A stretch of DNA of 64,000 nt from Stegostoma tigrinum (lineage: Eukaryota): assembly GCF_030684315.1 (NCBI RefSeq), contig NC_081395.1, positions 6,183,858 through 6,247,857 of the forward strand. Direction: 5' to 3'. The position numbers and the translations under genes are program-made. Positions 1 to 13,574 of the stretch are shown piece by piece (the stretch's first letter is position 1; each line of letters begins with the position of its first letter). The notes below the pieces were generated by a model, which saw only the letters and a list, made by a program, of their open reading frames with translations, did not search any database and had not been told where the DNA came from.

Positions 1-520
1 AACGTCAGCTTTTGTGCTCCTGAGATGCTGCTTGGCCTGCTGTGTTCATCCAACTCCACACTTTGTTATCTTGGATTCTCCAGCATCTGCAGTTCCCATT
101 ATCTCTGATCAGTCTTCTCTGAACTGTTTCCGGTGCATTCACATCACAAGATAAACCAACTCCGCCATATTCTTCTCGTTAACACTGGGCGGTCTGTGGG
201 ATCTTGCTGTGCACAAACCAACTGCCACCTGTGCCACTTAGCCACTGTAAAGAGAAATGTTCCCCATTCGAGAATGGCTTTGGGGGCATTCCTGAGGTGG
301 GAATGGGTACTAGTGAAATGCAAGCCTTTGAAGGGCGGAGGGGTGTGGAGGGAGAATGGTTACAGGAATGGTTCGCAAGTTTACCGGGAACAGGTTGACA
401 CTATGGATAAGTAGGGAGGGCCTGGAGAGAAAGGGATAGTTTGAGTTGGGGGGAGAGAAGAGAGAACCAAGCAGTTTGATATGTTAAAACCCTTCAGCAT
501 GTGGCCTGGTGGCTGAGTGC

Positions 521-720
521 NNNNNNNNNNNNNNNNNNNNNNNNNNNNNNNNNNNNNNNNNNNNNNNNNNNNNNNNNNNNNNNNNNNNNNNNNNNNNNNN
601 NNNNNNNNNNNNNNNNNNNNNNNNNNNNNNNNNNNNNNNNNNNNNNNNNNNNNNNNNNNNNNNNNNNNNNNNNNNNNNNNNNNNNNNNNNNNNNNNNNNN
701 NNNNNNNNNNNNNNNNNNNN
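521..720. other. Assembly gap (200 N)
   Basis: Run of exactly 200 N. Confidence 0.99.
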
Positions 721-993
721 GAAGGTGGCTGTGGGCTGCTCTGTGACCCCCACCCTCCTTTTGGCTGTGGCTCAGCCCCCTTACCCCTGTAGTCCCTCTG
801 CAACTGAGGAAGCATCCCTCTCCGAGACAAGGCAGAATCCCCCCGCCCCCCCCCCCCCCCGGCGTGGATTCCCCTGGGAACAGCCGCGAGCTGTGGCTTC
901 AAGCTCACCGCCACCTTTAGGCCCCAGTGAACCAGTTCCCTATCCCTGGCAGACAACCTCTACCATCCAGAAGGGGGCAAGAGCACCCGAATC

Positions 994-1071
994 ATGGGAG
1001 CACCACCCCTCTGTGCGTGTTCCTCCCTGAGCCGCACCCCATCACTTCTCCAACAGGAACTGAGAGCCTCG
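994..1071 (+). CDS. Candidate upstream TTC9C exon: either an ATG exon 994-1071 or a 15-nt microexon 1057-1071 (ELRAS)
   Basis: The donor TCG|gtgagg at 1071/1072 is phase 0, matching the phase-0 acceptor at 2688. The ATG at 994 has a good Kozak context (atcATGg). A strong acceptor cttctccaacag also ends at 1056. Confidence 0.35.
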
Positions 1072-1969
1072 GTGAGGTTGGGTGTCAAAGTTACTGCTGA
1101 CCCGAGGGAGTGGGGCACCCTCCCAGCCCCTTGTATTCCAGTGTTGAGCGCAAGTTGTTCGGCTCTGCCTGTGGGATCTTGCTGTGTACGCAGAAGTTGC
1201 TCCGCCTGCTAACAAGCACCTGAACAGTAATGCAGAGCAGGTGATATGTTGTCCGATGTGAGTTCTTAAGCGTTCCCTGCTCGGGACACATTATATTTAG
1301 AGCGTTAGTTGTCTGTCTGGAATTCCCTCCTGGTGAGGGTGGGGTGAGCTTTCTTCTTGATGCGTTGCGTTGCATGCGATTCACCGAGACCCATAATGCT
1401 GCGGGGGGGGGGCGCCCACAGTGCAGGTTGAGGGAGCAAGTTCCACAAGGTAGAACCAGCGACCCTGAAGGAGTGGCCGATACGTTTCCAGGTCAGGATG
1501 GAGTGCGGCTCGGGGAGGAATGCGCACAGAGGGGTGGTGCTCCCATGATTCAAGTCCTCTTGCCCCTTCTGGGTGGTAGAGGTTGTGGATTTGTTAAGGT
1601 GCTGCGTAGTAAGGAGGCTTGGTGAGATGGCGCAGTGCATCTCGTAGATGATGCGTACTCCTGCCACACCAAAGCGGAGAGTGAGGATGTGATACCAGGC
1701 CCTGGGACACTGTTGACCTTCTTGAGTGTTGTTGGAACTGCCCCCATCTGGAGCATGTACTAATGGAGTGGGGAGCATAGGTACTGTCTTGAATTTTGTT
1801 CACCCCTCTAGGACTGTAAATGATACAATTTAGACTTCCGTACTCTAGTCTGATCACCAGCTCAGTGAGCCTAATTTAAAACCATATCTATTCATATTGT
1901 TTGCCCACCTGCAATTAATCCCCTTCTATGTCAAATATTTTCACCTTGAACATATTGATCGCCTCTCAG

Positions 1970-2395
1970 TGTCAGTGCCGAGGGAGCGGGCACTGTCGGA
2001 GGGTCAGTGCCGAGGGAGCGGGCACTGTCGGAGGGTCAGTGCCGAGGGAGCGGGCACTGTCGGAGGGTCAGTGCCGAGGGAGCGGGCACTGTCGGAGGGT
2101 CAGTGCCGAGGGAGCGGCACTGTTGGAGGGTCAGTGCTGAGGGAGTGGGCACTGTCGGAGGGTCAGTGCTGAGGGAGCGGGCACTGTCGGAGGGTCAGTG
2201 CCGAGGGAGCGGGCACTGTTGGAGGGTCAGTGCTGAGGGAGCGGGCACTGTCGGAGGGTCAGTGCTGAGGGAGCGGGCACTGTCGGAGGGCCAGTGCTGA
2301 GGGAGCGGGCACTGTCGGAGGGTCAGTGCTGAGGGAGCGGGCACTGTCGGAGGGTCAGTGCCGAGGGAGCGGGCACTGTCGGAGGGTCAGTGCTG
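1970..2395 (+). repeat. 32-bp minisatellite (GTCAGTGCYGAGGGAGCGGGCACTGTCGGAGG), about 13 copies
   Basis: Direct 32-bp periodicity with an internal CAGTGC/GCACTG inverted repeat. The unit resembles the recalled Deu-SINE (SacSINE/AmnSINE-type) core segment. Confidence 0.93.
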
Positions 2396-2687
2396 CAGGA
2401 TGGCCATGCATATTGTAGGGTCTGTGCTGCGGTGCTCTGCATTATTGGGAAATGATGAGGGTGGGGTGGGATGGAAAAACAACTACGATGGCTCTCGTGT
2501 TTGATCGACCTGCCATCACCGGCACTCGAAACGTGATCACTGATGGGGTTGGGGGCATCAGGGTGGGCTGTATACCCGAAGGAGTTTGTGGGGGGGAGTG
2601 GGGAGATGTTCTGCATTACTGTGCTCGCTTCAAACTCCACCCACCAGCTGCCGTGCCTTTCTGTCCCCCCCACCCCCCCAACTGCAG

Positions 2688-2943
2688 AATCGGCCCGAGG
2701 ACCAGGTGGAGGCTCGCATCCAGAAAGCGGTGCAGTTCAAGACCGAGGGCAACGAATATTATAAACAGAGGAGGCTGCGGGAGGCCATCAGCCGCTACCA
2801 CTGGGCCCTGATGCAGCTCAGGGGCTTGGACCCCAGCGAGCCCGCCCCGCTGCACGCTTTCGGCGACGAGAAGGTCACGCTCAGCCCCGAGCAGGTGGCT
2901 CTGCTGCGCAGCACCGAGTGCGACTGCTACAACAACTTAGCAG
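2688..2943 (+). CDS. TTC9C: Tetratricopeptide repeat protein 9C-like, coding exon
   Basis: ctgcag|AAT...GCA G|gtaac. The translation NRPEDQVEARIQKAVQFKTEGNEYYKQRRLREAISRYHWALMQLRGLDPSEP...DCYNNLA closely matches recalled TTC9C (KEEGNQRY...SRYHRALLQLRGLDPS...DCYNNLA). Confidence 0.92.
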
Positions 2944-3009
2944 GTAACGCCTGCGTCAGGGGGGCTCACAGCTTGTCAAAGGCACGACCCTGATCCCCCT
3001 GTCACTCAT

Positions 3010-3290
3010 GTTGGCCATACAGCTCGGAAGCAGACCCTTCAGTTCCCGCACCCTCCACACATCCTAATCTGACCCAGACCTGTTTGCCAGCATTTGGCTC
3101 ATGTCCCTCCAAACCCTACCTATTCATGTGCCCACGCAGGTCCCTTTTAAATGTTACTGTACCAGCCTCCACCACCTTATTCCATACATGTACCATCCTC
3201 TGCTTGATCCTTATCAAATCTCTCCCCTCTGCCGTCTAGTTTAGGATTCTCCCACCCTAGAAGAAAGACCCAGGCTCGTCGCCTTACCCA
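3010..3290 (-). mobile_element. CR1 LINE 3' fragment
   Basis: Matches the 3' end of other CR1 copies in the window (e.g. 18017-18280). Confidence 0.7.
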
Positions 3291-4059
3291 TGACTCAGTG
3301 CCCAGAAACGTCAGAAGTCTGTTTCTGAAAAGGGACCTAACCTAAATGTGGGCAGAACGGCCTCTTTCCCCCACAACAAAACCCTCCTCCTTCCCCAATC
3401 CCCATGCTGTAAAAACGACGGGATTCTCACAGAAGGGAAGGTACGTTGACCTCAGAAAGAATACAGCGTGGAATTTTGATTAGCTCTTTCACAGGATAGG
3501 CAGCAGCATTTTCGCCCATCCCTAATTAGCCCCTGGAGAAGTGGGTGGTGAGCTGCCTTTCTGAACCGCTGCAATCCGTCCGCTATAGGGACCCCCACAT
3601 AGCACTGTTAGAGAGGGGGCTCCAGGATTTTGACCCAGCGACGCTGAAGGAGCGGCCACTATATTTCCAAGTCAGGATTTTGTGCGACTCAGACAGGGTC
3701 TTGCGGGGTGGTGTCCCCGAGCGTCAGTCGCCCTTGTCCTTCAAGACGGTCAGGGTGTTTGGTAGGTGTTGCTGAATGACCCTCAGTGAGAGTGCGGTGC
3801 ATGTTGTACATGGTACACACTGCTGAGGGGAGTGGATTGCGGTGCTGTGGTGGGGCTGCTTTGTCCTGGATGGTGTTGAGCTTTTTTAAATCTTACTGAG
3901 CTGCCCTCATCCAGGCCAAGGGGGGTGCTTTCCAGTCTAGTGCCTTGTCAATAGAGATCAGGCTCTGGGGAGTCAGGAGATGAGTTAACTTTTCACACGA
4001 TGTTTAACTCCCGAGTCAGGTGACGAGGAGAGGTTGCACAAACACGTGCAGTGTTTGCA

Positions 4060-4360
4060 GTGGTTCGCACTGCAGCCTCAAGGCGCCAGGGACCCGGGTT
4101 CAATTCCAGCCTCGGGCAACTGTCTAGTGTGGAGTTTGCACATTCTCCCCGTGTCTGTGTGGGGTTTCCTCCGCCGCTCCAAAGATGTAACAGTATGTTG
4201 CATTGTCTGTGCTACATTAGCCGTAACATCCAGGCTAAGTGGATTAGGCATGGGAAATGCAGGGTTACGCAGATAGGGTAGGGAACTGGATTTCTTCAGA
4301 GGGCGAGCGCACACTCAATGGGCTGAACGGCCTCTTTCTGCACCACGGGGATCCCGTGAT
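4060..4360 (+). mobile_element. HE1/V-SINE (tRNA-derived)
   Basis: B-box GGTTCAATTCC followed by the V-domain-like GTGTGGAGTTTGCACATTCTCCCCGTGTCTG. Confidence 0.8.
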
Positions 4361-4592
4361 CATGGGGAACAGATCGAGGTCAGGAGAGAGAATAGAGTTT
4401 AAAGAGGAAAGTCAGATTTTTCGGAAGAACAGTTAGGGAACTGTTGGGAGAAGTTTGGAGCTCTCTGCGTGAATGGTATTCATTGCTCAAATCAGCAGTT
4501 TTAATTCTGAGACTGATAGATTTTTGTGAAGTATTAGGGGACACAGAGACTGGGTGCAGATCTGTGTACTGCTTTGTCAATGAGCTGACTGA

Positions 4593-5948
<1,356 letters not shown>

Positions 5949-6253
5949 TAACACCTCAACTCCCGACCAGTGCCACTTAAAGAGGGAGAACCAGGGCCAC
6001 TCATCGTGTGGCTGTCTGTGGAATCATTCATTGTACACCCATCCAGTTCCACAACAGAGACTGAAAGGCTGTGACATTAAAGGTGCACTGTGGTGGGGAA
6101 ATTGACCGTAGAGAAATGCAGGCCCCAGTGGGTTCAATGGGACAGCGAGTGGCTGTCTCGCAGTCGTGAGGTGGTGAGGCAAACAGACTGTTAACCAAAA
6201 ACATTCTCACCGGTGTCACCGTCTCTCTTCCCACCCTGCCCCCACTTTGACAG

Positions 6254-6351
6254 ATGTCCAAGTGAAGAGGTACCTCCAGGAGACCGAACAGTGCCTGAAG
6301 CAGTACCACAAGCGCGAGAAGATGATGTACAAGGAGATGTTTGCCAAGTGA
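6254..6351 (+). CDS. TTC9C: TTC9C-like, last coding exon
   Basis: tttgacag|AT GTC...; DVQVKRYLQETEQCLKQYHKREKMMYKEMFAK* matches the TTC9C C-terminus (DANVRRYLQ...YHRKEKQLYLGMFG). TGA at 6349-6351. Confidence 0.92.
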
Positions 6352-6954
6352 CCGCAGCAGGAACCCTTTCCTCTCTGCTACATGTTGGACATTTGCATCA
6401 GCTCCATTGGCGCAGCCCCCCCCCCCCCCCCACGTACCCCCTCAGCAGGGAGCAAACGCAGTCTGTTTTACATCTGTTCAGAGTTACCCCCCCACCCGAT
6501 GACACAGCCTTTCTCAAATCTACCCAAGAAAGCATCAGCAGGCTGCTACTGACTGTCTCTCGTCAGGGCAGCAGTGAACAGGTCTGTGCACATACTGTGG
6601 TTATTTAATCCAGGTGCCAGAATTATTTGTTTGATTTTTTTTTGTTTTTTGCCTTTCTTCTCCTCCAAACTATAAAAGTGATGCCTGACTTTTTTTCGGA
6701 ATGGCGAGGGTGTGGTGCTTTCCTTTATCTTAATCAGCTCCTTCGCTGGGAATTTGCAACCGAGTCATTAAGGTGCCCGATTTACAGTAATGGGCACAGG
6801 GGAGGGGGTGGTTGTGTGAGAGGCTCGGCTTCACTTGGAGAGACCGACGAAGCTAGGATGGTTCTCCTCACGGCACAGAAGGCAAAGGTGGAAATCGTAA
6901 GGGGGCTCGATAGATCAAATATGGGGAAACAGTTTCCAGAGACAATAGGTCAGT

Positions 6955-7210
6955 CACAGAGCTGCATAGCACAGAACCTGACCTTTCAGCCCAACACGTC
7001 CATGCTATCCTAAATTAATCTAGTCCCCTTTGCCAGCGTTTGGCCCATATCCCTCTCAACCCTTCCTATTCTTTTAAATGTTGTAATTGTACCAGCCCCC
7101 ACCACTTCCTCTGGCAGCTCATTCCATACACGCACCACCCTCTGTGTGAAAAAGTTACCCCTCAGGTCCCTTTTAAATCTTTCCTCTCACCTTAAACCTA
7201 TGCCCCTCTA
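6955..7210 (-). mobile_element. CR1 LINE 3' fragment
   Basis: The reverse complement encodes ...NFFTQRVVRVWNELPEEVV..., the CR1 ORF2 C-terminus. Confidence 0.8.
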
Positions 7211-7539
7211 CTTTTCGATGCATTGAGCTGTTAGGATCCAGATTGTCTGTTAAGGACAGCGCAAGCAGATTTCGAAGAGGGGGAATTAGATGAACACATT
7301 GAAAAGGAGGCATTTGTAGGGCTGCAGGATGGATGGACTAGCTAGAATGGACACAGAGGGCTGAGTGGCCTCCCGTTCTGCCCAGTCCTTCGCTCCAATC
7401 CAGTCACTGGCAGGCCTCCCTCGTTGAGGCCGCGATGCCCATCTCAGTCGCATTTCTCAGCCAGTGAAGCATGTTGTGTAGATGCTGCTATTCCTCCCCG
7501 CCCCAACAGAAACAGAATCAGACAAACTACAATTACACA

Positions 7540-7634
7540 GCTTTAATGGAACTCCACATTCATTCGTTATCTGAAAACATTACATCCCAGCGGTAGATGT
7601 TTATTCCCACCGTCAGGATTTTCTTTCGTTTATT
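7540..7634 (-). promoter_or_regulatory. Candidate Dact4 polyadenylation signals
   Basis: Minus-strand AATAAA at 7629-7634 and 7600-7605, and ATTAAA at 7542-7547, about 1.6 kb past the stop codon. Confidence 0.5.
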
Positions 7635-8429
7635 TTTTGTTTAGAAGATCCTTTTGTTTTAAGGCACGCCAGTTCACATCACTCCGCTTCCCAGGAAAAC
7701 TCGCCCCTTTGGTCCGTCTTTGACCTGCCAGACTTTTGCAGGTGTCTGCCTCCACGCATCCGCTCACCTGTACCGTACCGTCCCCAGCCCTGGGATAGGG
7801 GTGGTGAGGCAAGAGGAACGTGAAGGGGTGCTGGGGGGGGTGCATCTCAGAGGGAGAGAGAGAGAGAGAAAAAAGTTCTACCCGTCTGAATGAAGATCGT
7901 CAACGGTGATGGCTAGCTGGGCTGTCAGGCCACCCGTTGGCGAAAAGCTTGCCTAGATGGGTGCTGATCCTGAGGTGTATCTTGTGACAGGCCTGAGGTG
8001 AGGGGTGGGTGGTTGGGTTGGGGGCAAGGACCCCTGATCTTCCCTCTGTTTGGAGTTCAGAAGGTCCAGGGGATTTGATTGAAGTTTCTCCCTGGTTCGG
8101 AGGTCCATGGCACTCGGTTTCAGGATAAGGCCAGTTTTAGGACTGAGCTGAGGAAATGTTCCTTCACCCAGTGGGTGTTGAACCCATGGAATTCTGTCCG
8201 CCCCGGAGACTGGGTCCCTGAGTCCCATGGAATTTTTTTTTTGTTAAAATTTAAGGCATCAAGGGGTCTGGCAGAAAGGCGAGAATGAGGCATTCGGATA
8301 AGCTACGGACCTCTTGAACAGCAGAGGATGCTGGAAGGGCCGAACAGCCTAGTGCAGCTGACCCTGCATTTTCCCCTCACTCTCCCACCAGAGTCAGAGT
8401 CAGTCTGTGTACTGTATAATCCCAACGCG

Positions 8430-9220
8430 CACCACACCCCCAAAAACTGGGAATGGGGCAGATCTCACCACCCCCCCCCCCAAATCCCCCGAACAACTGG
8501 GCATGGGGAAGATCTCACCCCCCCCCCCCCCAAATCCCCCGAACAACTGGGCATGGGGAAGATCTCACCCCCACCCCCCCCCCCCGCCACTATCCCCCGA
8601 ACAACTGGGAATGGGGAAGATCTCACCACCCACCCCCCATCTCCCAAACAACTGGGAATGGGGCAGATCTCACCCCCCCCCCAATCCCCCGAACAACTAG
8701 GAATGAGGCAGATCTCACCCCCCGATCCCCCAAACAACTGGGCATGGGGCAGATCTCACCCCCCCCCCCCCAATCCCCTGAACAACTGGGAATGGGGCAG
8801 ATATCACCCCACCCCCCAAACAACTGGGCATGGGGCAGATCTCACCCCCCCCCCCCCAATCCCCCGAACAACTGGGAATGGGGCAGATATCATCCCCCGA
8901 TCCCCCAAACAACTGGGCATGGGGCAGATCTTACCCAGCTGCCCTCCCCCCCCAACCAACTGAGGGGACAAAATCACACCCATCCTCCAACAACTGGGGA
9001 CAGATCTCCCCCCAACCCTGTGGGATGGGGTGGATCACACATCATTGCCCACCCCATACAACCCAGCATGGGTTTGGTGGGGGCGGGGGGGGGGGGGGGG
9101 GGGGGGGAGGTTGTCACATATCATCCCAGCTCCCAGCAACAAATTGAGGGCACAGATCTCACCCATCCCCCAACTGGGATGGGGTAGATCACACCCCAAT
9201 TAGCCGGATCTCACCCCACC
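8430..9220. repeat. Variable 40-55 bp repeat (AACAACTGGGMATGGGGMAGATCTCA-polyC) in the predicted Dact4 3' UTR
   Basis: About 12 clear copies at 8430-8960, degenerating toward the stop codon. Confidence 0.85.
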
Positions 9221-9238
9221 CCAGCCCCGTGTCGGGGA

Positions 9239-10431
9239 TCATTTCGAGGAGCTGTTCACCTTAAGTGACCACGGCCGGATGGATAGCTGGACTTTCTTCC
9301 TCAGCTCCTTGAAGGACTTGGAGCGGTGGAAGCGAGACTCTGAGGCAGCGCTGTGTCTGGGGAAGGTCTCGCTGGCTCCAGGGATCCGGCCCTTGCCCTC
9401 GGCCTCGCCGCCACCCTCCCCCGGGCATGGCCCAGCCCCGAGATCCTCCCGGCTCAGCCGCGAGGCGTTGGCAGGGAAGGCCCGCCGTTGCCGACGGCTG
9501 AGGAGAGCCTGGGCCTGGCTCAGGAGGCCGGGCTTCCTGGGCCCGCACCTCCCGGACAGGCTGCCAATCTCCAGCACAGAGGCCCACTTCCTCTGCCTCC
9601 CGCTGGCAGGCCTTGATCCACCGGAGCCGGGCGGCGGCGGCGATGATGGCGTGGCTTTGGGCCTGGAGGCCGATTCGAGATTGACCTCAGAGAGGGAGCG
9701 GATGGCTGACTCCCTGCTGGGCCTCGGGTCCCAGGGGTCAGCTGGCGGCGCGGGGCACTTGACCAGCTCCCGGTGCAGGTGCCTCCCCCGGTAGAGAGGA
9801 GCTTCGGAGGGAGGAGGAGAGCAGGAGAGGCCCAGTCCCGGAGGGAGACGGCCTGTGTCTGAGTAGGCCCCGGGCACCTGGGCCTCTCCCGGGGAGCGGG
9901 TCATCCTGTCGGACGCTGGGCAGCAGGTGGAGATCCTCCGGCGCAGCTTCCAGCCCCCGACGACGGCAGCGGGAGAGGGACCGGCCAGCGCCCCACCCGA
10001 GGCCGAGGAGCTGTGGCTGTAGACGGACGAAAGGCTCAGGCTCTTGGCCCGGCAGGCCAGCTCGGAGCGGCCGGTGGGTGGCCTGCACCGGGAACGCAGC
10101 ACCAGGCCCGAGATGTACTTGTCCAGCCGACCCCGGGTCGCCTCGGGGGCCTCGGGCACCCTTTCGCCCGCAGCTCCGGGCCCCGCTTCCCTGGGGGGCG
10201 GCAGGCACGCAGCGTAGGCCCGGGCTGAGCAGGCCACAAACAGGGGGCTCTGCAGGGCCACGGCGTGCAGCGGGCTCGGGTAGTGGTAGACCTCGGCACT
10301 GTGATGGGAGACTAGGTCGCACCGGTACTTGCGGTCAGGGGGCCCTGGAGGCAGCCAGCAGCCCAGGCTCGAGGGTGAAGGGCCCCTGGCTGGGTCAGTG
10401 CTCAGCCAGTGACAAAGAGGAATCAGGTCTC
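9239..10431 (-). CDS. DACT4: Dapper/Dact homolog 4, exon 4 (last)
   Basis: ctcctccag|GA GAC CTG. Contains the Dact motifs [27 protein letters not shown] and LDKYISGLV. The C-terminus [23 protein letters not shown] lacks MTTV. Confidence 0.88.
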
Positions 10432-10610
10432 CTGGAGGAGAGAGAGACAGAAGCTGGGTTAGAGGAGTAACATCTCCCTCCCAAACCCCAATATTCACCC
10501 CACCACTGATGGGGGGTCAGCACCGAGGGGTGGGGGTGCCACACTGTCAGAGGATCAGTGACCTCCCTCCAGAGGGTTCATTGTTAATCCAGAAGGGTTC
10601 TGAGGCCCTC

Positions 10611-10925
10611 AGCAGCACGGTGGCTCAGTGGTTAGCACCGCTGCCTCATGGTGCCCGGGACCCGGGGTTCGATCCCAGCCTCAGGCGACTGTCTGCGTGG
10701 AGTTTGCTCGTTCAGCAAGGGTTTCCTCCGGGTGCTCCGGTTTCCTCCCACAGCCCAGGTTAGGGTGGACTGTCCGTGCAAAATTGCCCCGTAGTGCCCG
10801 GGGATCTGTCTGTTAGGTGGATTAGACAGTGGGAACTGCCAGGGGAACGGGTCTGGGTGGGATACTGTTCAGAGGGCCGGTGTGCACTTGGTGGGGCCGA
10901 ATGGCCTGTTCCCACACTGTACGAA
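10611..10925 (+). mobile_element. HE1/V-SINE in Dact4 intron 3
   Basis: A-box TGGCTCAGTGG, B-box GGTTCGATCCC, V-domain-like core and tail. Confidence 0.85.
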
Positions 10926-11231
10926 CAGCGAGTTTGAACAGTCGTGAAAGCCTCCCCTTTGCAGATCAAATGGCCCGAGCTCTCGCCCCCTTCCATCCCC
11001 CCCGACCCCCGTACGGTCCTCCTGCATCTCCAGCCAGCTACCACCCGAGAACGTCTGACCCACGGGGCTATGCAACCAGAGTGGACATCGCCAGAGCGTC
11101 TCGAGTGAAGCCCACAGCCTGTCAGGGTGGGGCGGTGGGGGTGTTGGGCCAGCCGGGGAGACGCCCGGTCGGTTTCCAAGCCCCGGGGAGGGAGTTAGTT
11201 CTGGGGGCAGAAGCGGGTGCTGAACTCTTAC

Positions 11232-11516
11232 CTGTCGAGACCGGTCTCTGTGAGACCCTGCACCTCCTGACAGCCCCTCCGGCCTCTCCTGCGTGCAGGT
11301 CCCGGCTGCTCAGCAGCAACCTCTGCGACCGGAGGTCCCCGAAACAGATCGCGGCGGCGTCGTCAGTCGAGCGGGGTCTGTTCCGGCGGCCGTTTGGCCG
11401 GGCAAGTTGAGAGAGGGACTGCACGCTCCACCGCGAGCTGGACGGACACTCGCTGTACACCGACGTACAGGAGTTCGAGGGGGAGCACGACATGCTGTCA
11501 CTGACGTCGTAAAAAC
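11232..11516 (-). CDS. DACT4: Dact4 exon 3
   Basis: gcag|GT TTT TAC...ACA G|gtaaga, 285 nt, phase 1-1. GFYDVSDSMSCSPSNSCTSVYSEC is the Dact Ser-rich motif. Splicing to exon 4 recreates RPVSTGDL. Confidence 0.9.
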
Positions 11517-12432
11517 CTGCGAGCCACGAGAGAGAGAGAGGGTCAGGGACACGGCGTAAGCCACCTCCAGCCCGCTTCTCCAGCTCAGACCGTTTCCGCC
11601 CTCTTCCCCAGTTTCCGTCTCAACAGGGCTATCAACTCTCCCCCATCCGCACTCTCCTACCTGTGGCTTCACCTCCTACAGATTCACACACTCTCTTCGT
11701 CCCCTCACCCCTCCCCAACCCAACACTCTTCCTTTCTCTCCTCCCTCGGAGCTGCCCATTTTGAGGCCAGTCTTTGAGGATACAGGCCATTCAGCCCATC
11801 CATCTCGATCACGGCTGACTCTCCTGCCCTTTTTTCCCCCTCACCCCCCCCGTAAACGTTTCACCAGGTGAACACCCCACGTGACATTAAGAAGCAAACC
11901 CTGTAGCCTTTGATTCCCCCCCCCCCGACCACCACCAATGCAGAAAAGGGACCCCACACCCCTCTGCGGCAATGTGCCCCACAGATTCACCACCCTCGGG
12001 TTGAAGGCATTCCTACCCCTCCCCACCTCATCTCAGTTCTCCCTTCATTCTGAGGCTGTGCCCTCGGGTCCTAGACACCCCCCCCGACTTCTTCTCCATT
12101 CTGTCCAGGCTCCTCAGTATTCCCTAAGTTTCAATCAGAAACCTCTCCTCTCATCTGTCTCCGTTGTTAGTGCAGAGGTGGACCAAAAGTGGATCTTTCT
12201 CCCTCCTGCTCTGCGGCCCGGGCGTGCCACACAGTTCGGAAAGAGACCCTTCGGCCCAACCGGGTCCGTGCCGACCCGTAATCCCAAACTGAGCTGGTGC
12301 CATCTGGCTGCCCCTTGGCCGAACAGCCTGAACCCGGTCTTCAAGATTCACAGTCCTGGCCCTCGGGCAGCGGTGTCCCCGATTACAGCAACATTTCTCA
12401 CCCACATGGGAAGTAAGAATCCGGGTCAGTAC

Positions 12433-12778
12433 CTGAGCTAGGCCTGGAATCCGAGTCGAGATTCTCCGCCGGACCGTCAGTGAGCAGTATCCCTGACCCG
12501 AGTCGCTCCAGACCCACGGAGATAGGGGGCGACTCCGCCAGCTGATCCACTCTCGGCCCCCGTGTCAGACCGGGGGTTTTGGCCGCCTCAGCGGACAGGG
12601 GTCGCCGGGCACTGGCTTCGTCCCCCCTTAGCGGAGAGGGACGGGGTTCCCCAGGGGTGGACGGGTCACCAGGGGGTTCACGGGGCTGTTCGTCGATCGG
12701 CACCTCTGAAAAGATCACGGCCACTGGCTGGGTAGGACCCTGCTGTCGTTCGGGGTGACCGGGAGCCAGCGAGCGAGT
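12433..12778 (-). CDS. DACT4: Dact4 exon 2
   Basis: ttttgcag|ACT...TCA G|gtact, 346 nt, phase 0-1. Ends in the canonical Dact DSDSRPSSG; the rest is Pro-rich. Confidence 0.82.
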
Positions 12779-13574
12779 CTGCAAAATAAAGCCACACGCC
12801 CACAAACACAAAAATCACACCAACTCACTCCACTGGACTGTCATTACCCCCCTCTACGCCCCCTCCCCATCTCCGTCAGCCCATCCGGCCCCAACGCCCC
12901 CCCCCCCCCCCCCCCCACCCCGGTCTCCGTCACCCCCTCCAGCCCCTACACACCCTCCTTGTCTCTGTCACCCCCTCCAGCCCCTGTACCCGCTCCCCGT
13001 CTCTGTCACCCCCTCCAGCCCTTGTACCCGCTCCCCGTCTCTGTCACCCCCTCCTCTCGAGCAGCCCATTGCTCCACCCTGTGCCCTCAGTTGCCCTGGG
13101 GACCCTGAGCTCTGGAATTCTCTCCTCAGTCTCTCCCTCTCAGACCTTCCATTCAACCTTAAAATCTGACTCCTTTGAGGTCATGGCTCTTGGCTGTATG
13201 TCATCAGCTTCTCTGGCTGAGGGGCAAACAACACATTTTAGGCATGTGATAATCTCAAGGTCTTAGCTACCTTCAGTCTAACAAAACAAAAACTACCTCT
13301 GACTCAAAACCTAGTTCTCACCATGTTCTTGTTGTGTCCAAACATTACTGCAACAATGAACTCTTGGTTAGGTGGGATGTGAGGAGAGACTCTGCATCAG
13401 ACTGATTACTCAGGGCTCATTTCAGTACATACACAGATTCAGCAGAACAAAACAAGTCAAAAACTGCCAGGCAGAGTAACATTCAGCCCGAGAGCAAACA
13501 GTAACCAATAGTGCCCCAAGAGAGTTTCAGGGAAAGGAGGGGAAACAGTGACAGATTAAGGGTCAAAATGAACT

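Noticed and set aside
8328-9187. Repetitive Pro-rich ORFs
   Set aside because: Translations of the tandem repeat, open in several frames, with no splice or homology support.
10611-10690. tRNA genes at A/B-box sites
   Set aside because: They continue into SINE core sequence, so they are tRNA-derived SINE heads.
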